64,000 nucleotides of DNA from Lama glama (taxonomy: Eukaryota), in contig CM052817.1 of the NCBI GenBank assembly GCA_028534125.1, positions 100,814,001 to 100,878,000 of the forward strand, written 5' to 3'. The translations under genes were made by a program, and so were the position numbers. Shown piece after piece: positions 25,701-37,900 of this stretch. The notes beneath the pieces are model-generated. The model had not been told where the DNA came from and searched no databases. It saw only the letters and a list, made by a program, of their open reading frames with translations. Numbering within the stretch: position 1 is the stretch's first letter; the number at the start of each line of letters is the position of its first letter.

Positions 25701-28700
25701 CCCCTGGGGTAGGAATGTGAAGCCCCCTGCAGATGTCTGACTCCTCAGACACTTAGATGGGGGAGAGGGGAGTGTGTACATCTTATTTTATGTATGCATT
25801 TTTCATCTAGAATTTATCAGCTACTTCTTTAAAGGATTTTACTATAAATAAAGCCCCCATACAACTGAACCTCCCTTACAGGTGGACCCATAAAAATCCC
25901 CCTGTTTTGTCACTCCCGCCTCCTCCCTCTCCCTCTTTCCCTGCTTCATAAACAACCCCTTACTACTTTCTTGCAGAACAAGTGGCCCCGCAGCCCCACT
26001 GTTGAGGCGGTGGATTTATCTTTCTAATCTGGGTGCCCGCAGGCTTCGGGGGGAGCAAAAGCTAGCCCCACATGCAGATGATGAAGTTTAAAAACCCATT
26101 ACACAAGTGCTCCAGAGGTACCGAGTGTGAAGCTCGGGTTATCAGTATTCAAACAGAGCAAAAAGCCTTCCACAGCCCGTCTCCTTGCCGCCGTTACCCC
26201 TGCCCCAGGCGCCATGGCAACAGAAAGACACCTGGGAGAGCGCAGCACAGCCGAGCATTAAACCAAGAGGGACACCAATTACCCGTCCTCAGCAATCAGG
26301 CCCTGCCCGCTCCGCTCCACCTGGCTTCTATCTCTTTATTAATAGCCGCCTGCTACTCCCTCTGCACCCGGGAGGCTCTCACGCAGCCCGCCACCCGCAC
26401 TTGATGCCATTTTCCCTCCCACCGCCCTTCCACTTCCTGTCCGCCTCCCCGGCGGGTCCTGCAGTCCCCGCATGACACCCACTTAGCCTGAAGAGGCCCC
26501 GCTCCCAGCTACTCTCCTCTGTGCACTTGGCCGTGGGCTGGCCGGGGTGGGGGCTGGCGGCAGGAGCCCAGCGGGAGGCTGGCTTGCTTCCCTGGTTTCC
26601 ATGCTGAGCAGCGAGCGAGTGACTCTCTTTCTGGAGACCGACTAAGCAGAGCCAGGTGTCAGGCAGCCACAGCCTGTTCAAAGGGATGGTTTACTGCCAG
26701 CTGTTTTCCCTGCAGCTCTTTCCGAGAGACGCAGCACCTCAAGACACCTCATATGTGTTAAATAATAACAACTGTAAATGCAATGCCTGGAAGTCTCGGG
26801 AGAATGACATTAGCGCAAGTCGCTACACAGCCTTCCCCTTTTTCTGGGCATGAAAAGGACAGGACTAAAGGAAAAAGGGCAATTTCCATGTAGGTGAAGT
26901 GTCCTTTCTAAAAACGTTAGCCAAATACTCCCCAGTTGTTGAATTTAAAGACATTTCCTGGTATAGGGCAATACACCAGGGTCTATTCCTGTGAGCAAAG
27001 AAACGATGCGTCTGTTCCTAACATTATGAGGGGACATCCTCCTGTTCACTCACAAAACATTCCTTTAAGAACTTTCCAAGCAAAATGCTAGTCTGACCCA
27101 GAATGACAGTTTTATTTTTCCTGGAAAGAATATATTTAAGTCAAATTCCATTAATTTAAATATTCTGGGGAAGAGGGTATAGCTCAGTGGTAGAACACTG
27201 GCTTAGCATGCATGAGGCCCTGGGTTCAATCCCCAGCACTTCCATTAATAAATACATAAACCTAAATTACCTCCCCCACCAAAACAAAAAACAGAAAAAC
27301 CCCCCAAAAACAAAAAACAAAAACAAACAAAAAAAAACCTAAAAAAAAGAACTAGGCTCTTCAAATTAAAAAAAAAACTAAATTAAAAAAATTCTCCTTT
27401 TATTGACTTGCATTGTAATGTTAAATGTTGGTGGGTGAACTTCTGTGGACAGTGGTTGAGAACCTTTTAGCTATCAGCTTGCCCGCAGAGATTAATCTGT
27501 CAAGCAGTTAACCATCTGTACCTATATTAAAGGAGTGGCCAGCAAAAAATATCCAAATAAAACTCTCTATAACAAAAACTTTTGTGATAAGCAATTGTTT
27601 TGAAATCCTTAGTTTTCCATTTGTGTTTTCTTAAATCTTTAAACAATTTTTTTTTATTTTTATTTTGTTTTTGGGAGGGAAGGTAATTAGGTTTATTTAT
27701 TTATTTTTAATGGAAGTACTGAGGACTGAACCCAGGACCTCATGCATGCTAGGCATGCACTCTACCACTGAGCTAGACCCTCCCCTATCGTTTCTGTTTT
27801 CTTAAAATGAGACACATTTAAATGAAAAACAATGTGTCGGTTTGTATCATGGATAATGTACACAGTTATTTTTATCTCTAAGAACAAGTGTTCTCTAAAA
27901 AAAAAGAGTTCTAACATTCTTTCATCAACTCATCCATTCAACAAACACTTATTGAGCAGGTAACATATGTGTTGGACTAGGCATTCTGTCAGATAAAAGG
28001 AATAATAATTGTTAGCTAACAATTACAACATGTCAGGTACTGTTTTTTCTAAGTGCTTTACATAGATGAATCCACTTAATTCTCACAACAACTCTGTAAG
28101 GTAGTTACTGAATCTTCCCATTTTACAGAAGAGGAGACTAACTGAACCAGAGGTCACAGAGCTGAGAAATGCAAAAGCCAACTAGCAGAATGTTCCAGAA
28201 TCTGTCCTCTCAACCTTCACCCTACACCATTCAACAAGATAAATAAGACAAGTTCTTGGTTCCCTTGGATCCTACAGAGAACCTAGTAAATAGAGAGACA
28301 AGACAAAAAAAAAAAAAAAAAGACCAAAAACAGGCAAGTCACCAACTTATGCCAATGTAAGTATGTAAATACAGTGAGCAGTGGTGATGAATTTTGCCTG
28401 GGGTGTGATTACTCAAGGCTCCAGAAAAACTTTAGAGCTGGACATTGAAGAACAGGGTGGGAATTTGCCAAGCAAACAAAAAGGAATTTCCAGACAGAAG
28501 AAATAGCATCAACTAGGCATGGAGGCATCAGGAAAGAGCAAGCCATGCTCCGGGAACAGCAAATACTATCTGGGCCGTGTCTGAAGATGAGGCCAGTTCT
28601 CACTTGTAAATGGCTTTTGAATTTTGAGATTCTCGAAATAAAGTTCAATGAAAAGTCCTTTTCTGGATTTAGAACCTCAGAGCATGATCATTTGACTGGC

Positions 28701-28919
28701 CAATCCCACCCTTACCCCCACCACATGACTCTGTTAGGTAAGACCAGCCATAGGCTATGGTTCTAGCAGGAAGTTCTTACTTTCCCTACTTAAAAAAAAC
28801 AGAAACAAAAAAACTGGATCTACGTACCCCCCAATGTTCATAGGAGCCCTATTTACAATAACGAAGATCTGGAAACAACCTTAATGTCCAACAGATGACT
28901 GGATAAAGAAGATGTTGTG

Positions 28920-28963
<44 letters not shown>

Positions 28964-31900
28964 GGAATACTACTCAGCCATAAAAAAGAATGAATAATGC
29001 CATTTACAGCAATATGGATGGACCTAGAGATGATCATATTAAGTGAAATATGTCAGATAAAGAAAGACAAATATCACTTTTATGTAGAATCTAAAAAAAT
29101 GATACAAATTATATTTACAAACCAAAAATAAGACTCATGGAAATAGAAAACAAACTTTGGTTACCAGTGGGGAAAAGAGAGGAAGGATAAATTAGGAGTT
29201 TGGGTTAACAGATATACATTACTGTATATAAAATAAACAACTAGGATCTATCATATAGCACAGGGAACTATATTTTTTGTAATAACTTATAATGGAAAAA
29301 AATCTGAAAAGAAAAAATATATATATGTATAACTGAATTGCTTTGCTGTACACCTGAAACTAACATTGTAAATCAACTACACTTCAATAAAAACATTAAA
29401 AAAAAAAAACTGGGTTCAGGCAGCTCTGTTTGCTTTTTCTTTTTCTCTAGCTTACAAAGGAACACCCATGTGACCACTGTTATCAGGTCACTCTGAAATT
29501 GCCAACAGTAGAGAAACATGTGTATTTCCTGGTTTCTTGGAATCTATGACACCAGCCTCTGCCATGAGGGGTAATGCACTCAGGGCTTCTTTCCCAGCTC
29601 ACATTTGCCCTCCCTGCTGGCATAATGGAAAATGAACATTTACAGCTCCGGGGGAGCTTAAAGGCTCTCCTAGTGCAAGGACAGTGAGCAGCCCGCAGAC
29701 CCAGGGCCTGATCTCACAGCCAGAGGTGCCCTGTTAGTGGAGGTGAGGGCCACAGAGGCCAGGATGTACATGTAAATGTATATCTTATCAACCTTGAGTG
29801 ATTTTTGGAATGCCTAGAGGCTTCAACTTAAAATTCTAATCAGTCATCTTTAACCAGCACAAGTCAAAAGAATCCAAGTCTGCTTTGGACCTAGAATTGC
29901 CCTGAAACCTAGTATTTGCTAGTCCTGGAATTGGAACTAAATGCTCTCAGACTGTATCTCTGACGCAGGGAATTTTCTATCAGATTGGTTTTATAGTGAT
30001 GATAGTCATTTTTAGCCAATCAGAAATTTTATTCTAAAAGTTAGCATAGATTTATCTTTAAAAAAATTTTTTTAAATGGAGGTACTGGGGATCAAACCCA
30101 GGACCTGGTGCAGGCTAAGCATGCACTCTACCACTAAGCTGTTTCTCTCCCCTAGCATAGCTTTAATAGGAATAAGACCAATGCTTCACCCAGGCCTTTT
30201 CAAGATCCAGGTGGGACATAGCATGGGGGAGAATACAGTATCTGTGACAAAGTACAGAGGGAAGAATCCTTTTGTTGTGGAGATGACCCCAAGGACTCCA
30301 GCTGTCCCACCCCTGACCCTGGTCTGACCCACTGCTTCATCAGACATACCTTTTCCCCCCAACAGTCAGGAAATGTTGCATGAACTAATTGGCCAAAATT
30401 AAACAGGGCTCTCATCCAAATTAGGTCCAGAGTGTATTTTAAATCTCAATTTAGGCTAGAAACATTCTTTTTTCTTTTCTTTTTTTTTTTTTTTTAAGAA
30501 AGGAACATGGCATTTCTAAACTCTGGAAAACTTCATTGAAATAGCCATTCATCAACTACTATTTTCTGTAGTCCTCATTGCTTAACTTTAAAAGCTCTCG
30601 GTTCCTCCTCCCGCCCCACCCCCAACTCCAGGCAGGTGTCAGGATAATACTCACATGTCTGTAAAATGTTCTGAGATCCTTGGCTAGAGGGCTCTGTGCA
30701 GAAGCAAAAAGCATTGTGTTTTATTGATCATTCATTAACACATGAAGCAACTGTCTGGAAATGGGGACAGGCAAAATACATACCTGGTTTATTCTTTTTT
30801 CTTTTACGGTATGTTGCAAGGAGAATCACTGATAAAAGTAGGAGGGCCAGTAAAATCAATGGGATCAACACCATGAGTATAAACTCTAGCTGATCTGTAT
30901 CCTCACCATTAAGGGTGGAGTTCATATTTGTGATGAATGATTCTGTGGTGACCATAGCAAACGTGCTCAGAGAGACAGTCTCTTCATCTGGCACAGCTGC
31001 TTCTTGGGGCATTTCTCCTGACTGTTCTGTTTCCGCCAAAAAATCTGTGGGAACACACACAAAATTGAAATTGTCACGAAGACAGAGCTATCATATTACG
31101 TCCTCAGTGATTTGAAATTTATCCTACATGCATCCAGTGATAAACTTGATCCACTGGATTTGGTCTTCCAGTTCAGCTGAGCCAGAGTATTGATCGAACA
31201 TAAATGGAGCTAGGGCTGGGAGTATCTTGAAAACAGAATCAGAGCCCAGGGATTAAACCTCCCACAAATGCAGGCAGTTTAGCACCCTTCAGACACTTTA
31301 GATGCACTTAAGCAAAGGGCATTGAGTTTTGTCATGTTGAGGGTGGTATTCCAGGGTAGCCTACAGAATATTTTAATACCATTTCTGAAAAAAAACTGAA
31401 TTCCCGTTTATTGAAAGTTAAGCACTTGCCACGTAACACTCTTAGGAATAAAGGAATGCACTGAATCCTAACTTTTACTCAAAGGTTACCTACCAATGGA
31501 AAAGAAGTCTTTGAGACTGGGATGACTGATCAAATGTCAGGGTCAGGCTTCAGTTCTGCAGAGAACTGAGTCTGTCTCTGAAATGATCCAACAGAAATTC
31601 TCCTGGATTCTACATAAACATACAACATGTATTTCATTTGTAAAATGAAATTCTCAAGGGGAAATGCCCTTAGAAACTAAGGAAACCGCACCAATATTTA
31701 AATGTATTGAATAACATGCATCTTTAGAGCTTTCCCAACTAGTATACTATAAGCAGGTTTATTCTGTTGGGACTTCAGATTGTGTTAGAAAATTGTTCTG
31801 TGGCTCATCACAGGACAGGAAAGGACTAGTAGCTGGATGATTCTTCAGAAAACCCTTCCTCACCGGGCTCCATAGTGACCATGGTCAGGAGAGCCACAGG

Positions 31901-34900
31901 TTTTCCTCCCTTTGTGGTACGAGGTTGCCAATTGCTCAGGAGGGGCCCACTGAGAAAAACAGCACATGAGCTGAGGCTACAGAAGACTTGTCCAGTGAGA
32001 TGATTTGTGTGACAGTGCTTCCCAAGGTAGAAGGTGCCCTGCCAATGGAGACGTCGGCTGCTTGAAGCCACGTTCTGTACAGCAGGTTAGACCACCACCT
32101 ACAGGATGACTGACAGGCCAAGGTAGAGCCAATGCATCCTTAGCTCTCTGCACAGCTGCGACAGGGTTTATAAAAATATTTGCTGGATCACAGTCTAGAT
32201 TTTTGGGGGTTATGTAAACACTTCAGTTTTCCTGAAGACCAGGGAATCCAGTTGATAATGACATTGGTCAATGCCACACCAAACCATCAAAATCAATTAC
32301 AAACGGCAGAGTCTAAGTAACTAGTATTCCTCACGTGTATATACTAAAAGCAGGATTTAAAAAATCTACCATTTATTGATCTCTGCCTTCAGGGTTACAT
32401 GACTTTGCTCTGTACTTAGGTCTTTGGAAATGTTGCAGCAAAGTGTGTTACAGCTCAGTGTTATAGCTCAGTTGTGACAGCAACCTGGATCCGGGCGAGA
32501 GACCAAGAAGCATTCAGAGGGTTAGAGAACTCAGATTTATCATGCCAGTGGGCCTAGAGGAGTTAACACTCCAAGCTCTGGACTGTGTCTGTAGGTTTAC
32601 ACAGGCTTTTATAGGCTGCCACTCTAGATTTTGCAACATCATATGCAAATAAGGTATAACAAATGGACCAATCAGGAGTGATGGAAATGGACCAATCAGG
32701 AGTGATAGAAATGGACCAATCAGGAGTGAGCTTAGGGAACCAATAGAATCTTAGGGGTAAGTTCCGCTTTTCTAGAAGTAAGCCGTTTCAGAGTTAAAAA
32801 GTGAGATAATGCCGCTGGGCCAGGGAACCAAATGGTGCTGGCAGAAGGGTAGTGGCCCTGCCTGGGTCTTTCTGTCTTTTTCGTGAGGCTTCCCACCTCA
32901 AAATAAAGTGAGTCAATAATGTATTCACATATTTGTTAAAGCTTTGATATATCCTGTATCACCCTGGACTAGGAAAAGATACTATCCACCAGGACAACCT
33001 CCTCCTTGAAGTCATCCTGCTTGCAGAACTACTGGGACCAAACAGCTTTCTGCACTGATAACCGAGACCAGTAAAAACTGGACATATGGTTAGGGGTGGG
33101 CGACTGGGTTTATAAAAATACCCAGTGGTATTTTTTGTGCAGTGGTACACGCACAAAGGCAGTTGGTGGTTGTGCACCTTCCTCTAATACCCAGACCTCC
33201 CTTTTACCTCTTTTGTGTGTTTATTTCTCCCACTGCTGTAGCTGCTACCACTATTTCAAGCTAACCTTTACAGATAATTTTCTAAGAGCCTAGTGCTGTG
33301 CTCTGCCTTTTTCCTGGATTATTGCATTTTGTCCATACCATTTTTCTCAGACAGAAACTGGGGCAGAGAGGCTCCACGATTTGCCCACGATCACAAAACT
33401 ATCACAGAGGAGTGAGGACTTGAACCCAGGAGGGCTGGCTGCAGAACGTGAGCTTTGAAATCCACATAACACTTTCCCTCCGATCAGGCAGGAATGGAAC
33501 AATTCCAAATCAAGAAATGGGGACGGAGAGAGGGAACCCTGGGTTCTTGCCCCTCAGCCTACAAGGAGGTGGTTTTCCAGCACAAAGGCAAAGGGAGGGG
33601 AGGAGCTTTCAGAAACCTGGGCTTTGCTGGGCTTGCCCCAAGCTCCCCAGCCCAGGTGGCTGTGAGCAGAGCTGCCCAGAACAATGGGATGTTTCCAGCC
33701 ACCCTGTGGAAGGCGGACAAGTTCCCAGTAGAACAGTAGCACTCTGAGTCACACTTGACCTGTTGCCCCAGAAGAAGAGAAAATAGGAAAGGAAACAAGC
33801 TAGCACGACTAATGAGGGCGTTTGGATGATCAGGCATGAAGAGAAACGGAGAGAATTGCACAGATGGTCCTGGGTTGTCCACATGTGTTTCTTAGCACGA
33901 GGGACAATGCTGCTCACAGGTGGCCCTCAGTGGCACTTTGGAGGGAAAAGGGCTGGAAATTCTCTCCACAATATCCTTCTCACACACACTCAAACGTATG
34001 TTTTCCATGTTAGCCATCATTTACTCTGATTCTCTAGTGACTGTTGAAATAAATGAGAATCAAGGGTTCTCTCTGTGTTTTATTTTTCTTTACCCTGCAA
34101 GCCTTCATCTCCAGACACTCCTGTGACAACCTCCCTCACAGCCCTCCCTCCCCAACCAATACCATCATAGCCTCAAAATAATAAATAACGGTCATGCATC
34201 AGATGCTCACAGTATAAGTTAGGTACTAGGATAAACTAAACATGCATCGTCTAACAACCTTCACAACAACTTTATCATTTACACTGCAGATAAAGAAACT
34301 GAGTCTCAAATTGTTAGGTAGTTAGATACGTGAGGGCACCGGGCAGATAAGGTGGTGGAGGGGGAGGATGGTTGGGAAGATGGCGATATGCCTGCCTTTA
34401 GCATATGGGGGCTTTACTTCCTGTAAATGAGTGCCAACAAGAAATCGGTCAGAACTCAACAGCCTCAGCTGCGAGGTAGCAACAAGGACCTAACCGGACA
34501 TGAGGACATGACCCAGCGCTTGTTGTGATATAATTAACATTTTGGCTTAGGTGCCCCCATGGGCCTTTCTGTGTGCATCATGGGTAAGGACGTGTGCAAA
34601 AGGGGACGAGCATGACTAAGCGCTCCAGGGGCAAGAGCTGTCAGTCAATCAAGAGACCACCTTTGAGCGAGGGTATAAGGAGGAGGGGCAAACAAAGACC
34701 ACCACCCAATCTTGGAGGTGTGCTTTTGCTTTGCTAATAAAACCTTTAAAATCGTTCACTACACAATGCTTCTGCCTCCCATCTGAATTCTTCTCTTTTG
34801 GGTATGACAAGAATTGGGGTCCTTTCTCTTCCCCTTTGGGGTAACAAAATATCTCATCAAGGTACAACCTTATTTATGCTGTCAGTTCAACTGATACCTA

Positions 34901-37900
34901 TGGATTTTGAAGCTGTGTTCCCTTGAACGTAGGTGCCAATGACAGCGAGGTTCTAGTCACAGCTGTGTTGCTTAGTGGTTGAGGGAATTTGGACAAATTA
35001 TTTACCCCCTAGTGGCCAAATGTTCTAATCTGTACAATTAAGGAATTATTTCCAGAGTCCCATCTATTTCTATATCCCTGTTGATTCTAAAACGTTCATC
35101 TTGTTTTTAATTAGGCTTTTTGAACAGGTACTATGCACATTTACATGGTCCTAAGCAAAGAAAGGATTTCACTACCACCCTTTTCCTCAGCCACTCAATT
35201 TCCCTCCAAAGTGGTAACCACTGTTTCTGATGCCTTCCAGAGAATTCTATGCATATACAAGTGTATCATTTCTGGTTTTCTTTTCTTTTTTTTTTAACAC
35301 CAATGGCAGCAAAATTTATAGACTGCTCCTTGCTTTTTTAACTTAAAATTGGATTTTGAAAATTATTCCATGTCTGTGTACAGAGAGATGTCTTTCCCTC
35401 CCATTATTTGGATGTCTGACAATCTATTCCTACTGATGGAGATGTGGGCTGTTTCTCTTGTATTTCCCATGATGCTGCTGCAGTCGGCCCTGCACACCCC
35501 TGACTTTACACACGTGCAGGTATATTCTGCTGCAGATCTCCAGAGTGGGGAGAGGGTATTGGGTGCAGCACCAAACCACTCTTGGGAGCAGGGGTCCGTC
35601 CTCACAGTTGTATCAAGACAACTCCAGCCCAGTCCTCAGACAGTGAGAATTGGCAGAAACTATGTAGGGAGCTGGGCACGTAGGGGTCAGCGAGGAGAAA
35701 GCTGAAAACATTGGAGATCAGCCCAAGAGTTTGTGCCAGGAGCATCAAATTGTCATCAAAGGGGGAGCTGGAAAACTAGGGAGGGCCAAAGCAGATCTGT
35801 ACCCAGGACTGGGTCAGCAGAGGTGGGAGCTATGAAGAAATGCAGAGGTGGATGAAGCCAAGGTGGAAACCAGAGAGAAGCCGGAGGTCACATGAGCTGG
35901 GGTGGGTGTGGAGCGCAGATGGCAGCTCTGGGGAATTTCTCTGGAGTGTGACAGTGGTTCCTCCGTGGGCGGTGGGCTGACAGCAATTCAACCTAATGGC
36001 CACTGTGTGGCGCAGACACTGGGCCTGGCCTTTTCTAAGAAACCGTGCAGGGCCAGTTCTCGCGCTGAGCGAGGACTGGGGGGACATCTCCATGGCATCC
36101 TGGAAGGAAGACCGGGCTTGGGTTCCAAAAAGTAGGCCTTGAGACTTGGCACTGCCCTCTCGAGCCATGGTGCCTGGGAAGAACCCCTCTCTCCTCCAAA
36201 CCTCTTTCTCCTAAAAGACCTCAAAGGGGGGCTGTCAGCCCCGCCCATCCTACAGTGTGCACACGAAGAGCAGAGGAAATCCCAGCTGTGAAGACGCTGT
36301 CTGTTCCACAAAGGGCCACACACAGGCTCTGCTGTTTCCTTCGTCCTGTGCCCGTTCGGTTGTCCCGTCTCTAGACTGAGCTGTTTCTCTGTTCCCCAGG
36401 AGACTAATAGGCCCAGCGTAACTTCTTCATTCTATTGTTGTCTCTTCTCATCTGAATGTGGACATCTTTCAGGGGAAAAGGGGTGTGGCCCAGAGGTGGG
36501 GGTGAGGATAGACTGTAAAATTGAAGAAGCTGCAGATATAAAGGTATAGAGGACCCAGCGTGAGGGTGGGGAGAGAGAGGCAGCAGCCAGCAAAGTACAG
36601 AAGAGAAGCAGCCGAGGAAAGGACGAGGAAGCAGGAGGGCTGTGTGATGCGCGTGGATGTGGCTTTGAACCTTGCCCGTGATGGCCAGTAGTGAAGTCAC
36701 CAGTGCGGTCAAGGGCGGGCCTGGCAAGACTTTTCTTCCCTTCCGGTGACCCAGTCATGGTTCTCTCGCGTGACCCCAATGCAAACCTCCCTGAGATTCT
36801 CCCTTTCACCACCTCTCTCTCTCTGCCCAGATGATGGAACATTATTAGGAGATACTGGGAGTGGTCATGTGACTCGTGAAATTAAGCTGCAGTATTTCAT
36901 TTTACTTTTAATCCGAAAATTACCAAAGAAACTGTATGGTGCACCGAGTCACAATATCCATGCAAAGACACCTGGGGTGCGTATTTCACTCATCTGGCAT
37001 CGACCCCAGGAGGGATCCTTGTAAGTGGGAAAAGGGGGGAAATGCTTGAGGTGAGCCCGGCAGCTCAGCAGCCCAGTGGGCACCTCGCCCTTTGCCGCCA
37101 CTCTGAGCATCGTCCCTAAGAGGAAGTGACTCTGCTTCTCAGGGAAATGAACTAGATAACTTCCCTTTTTTGATAGTGGAACAAATACGCAATCAAGCTC
37201 GTTTTTAAAGTTTAAAAAAAAAAGTATTATATAGCAACTGAAAGGTTGCCACACTGACATTATGATGTAAAATAAAACGATGGCAAGAGAAGGCTGTTAA
37301 ACTCAGGATATTGTGAAGTATGTTGGAACTCAATTCGCTGCCCCATTCTTTCACCTGTCTTGTAGACTCCATGGAGAGATTGTTGAAACCATCTTGCAAT
37401 TCAGGTGGTGAAATGAAAGAAAACGCGCAGGTGTCAGGCACTCAAGCGCTGCCCTGCTCTGTGGAGGAACCGAAGCATGTGGATTCCAGGACGCTCAAGA
37501 AATTAAACCCAAGAAGCCTTCCCACACCTTCTATACCTCTGTCTACAGCAAAGAGTCAGATTCGTGTTAGAAGGACAAGGTAAAACCAAGCCAGAAGTCC
37601 TCCAGTGCTTTTCAGCCTTGGCCACACGTTCGAATCACCGGGGGACCTATTAACCTTCTTGATGCTCAGGTCACATGCTCAAACCATTACATCAGAACAC
37701 CTGGGGTGAACCCAAGCCCCAATATTTTTTACAGATTCCAGTGTGCAGCAAGGTTGAGAACCAGGTCTGCAGACTCTACCCACCCCTGGCCACCCCTCGT
37801 TCCCTGTGCTCCTCCTTGGGGAACTGGAGTAGAATCAGCTCTCCCAGTTCTGAGCAGCTGCCCAATTTATTATCAGAATGCAACTGCTTCACTGAAGCCT

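Noticed and set aside
27167..27245. tRNA-like sequences, here and in seven other copies
   Set aside because: They carry A-rich tails, often TSDs, and scattered substitutions, so they are SINE heads rather than tRNA genes.
32661..32729. 24-bp direct repeats as a CRISPR-like array
   Set aside because: No unique spacers and a eukaryotic context. These are tandem enhancer repeats in an LTR U3 region.
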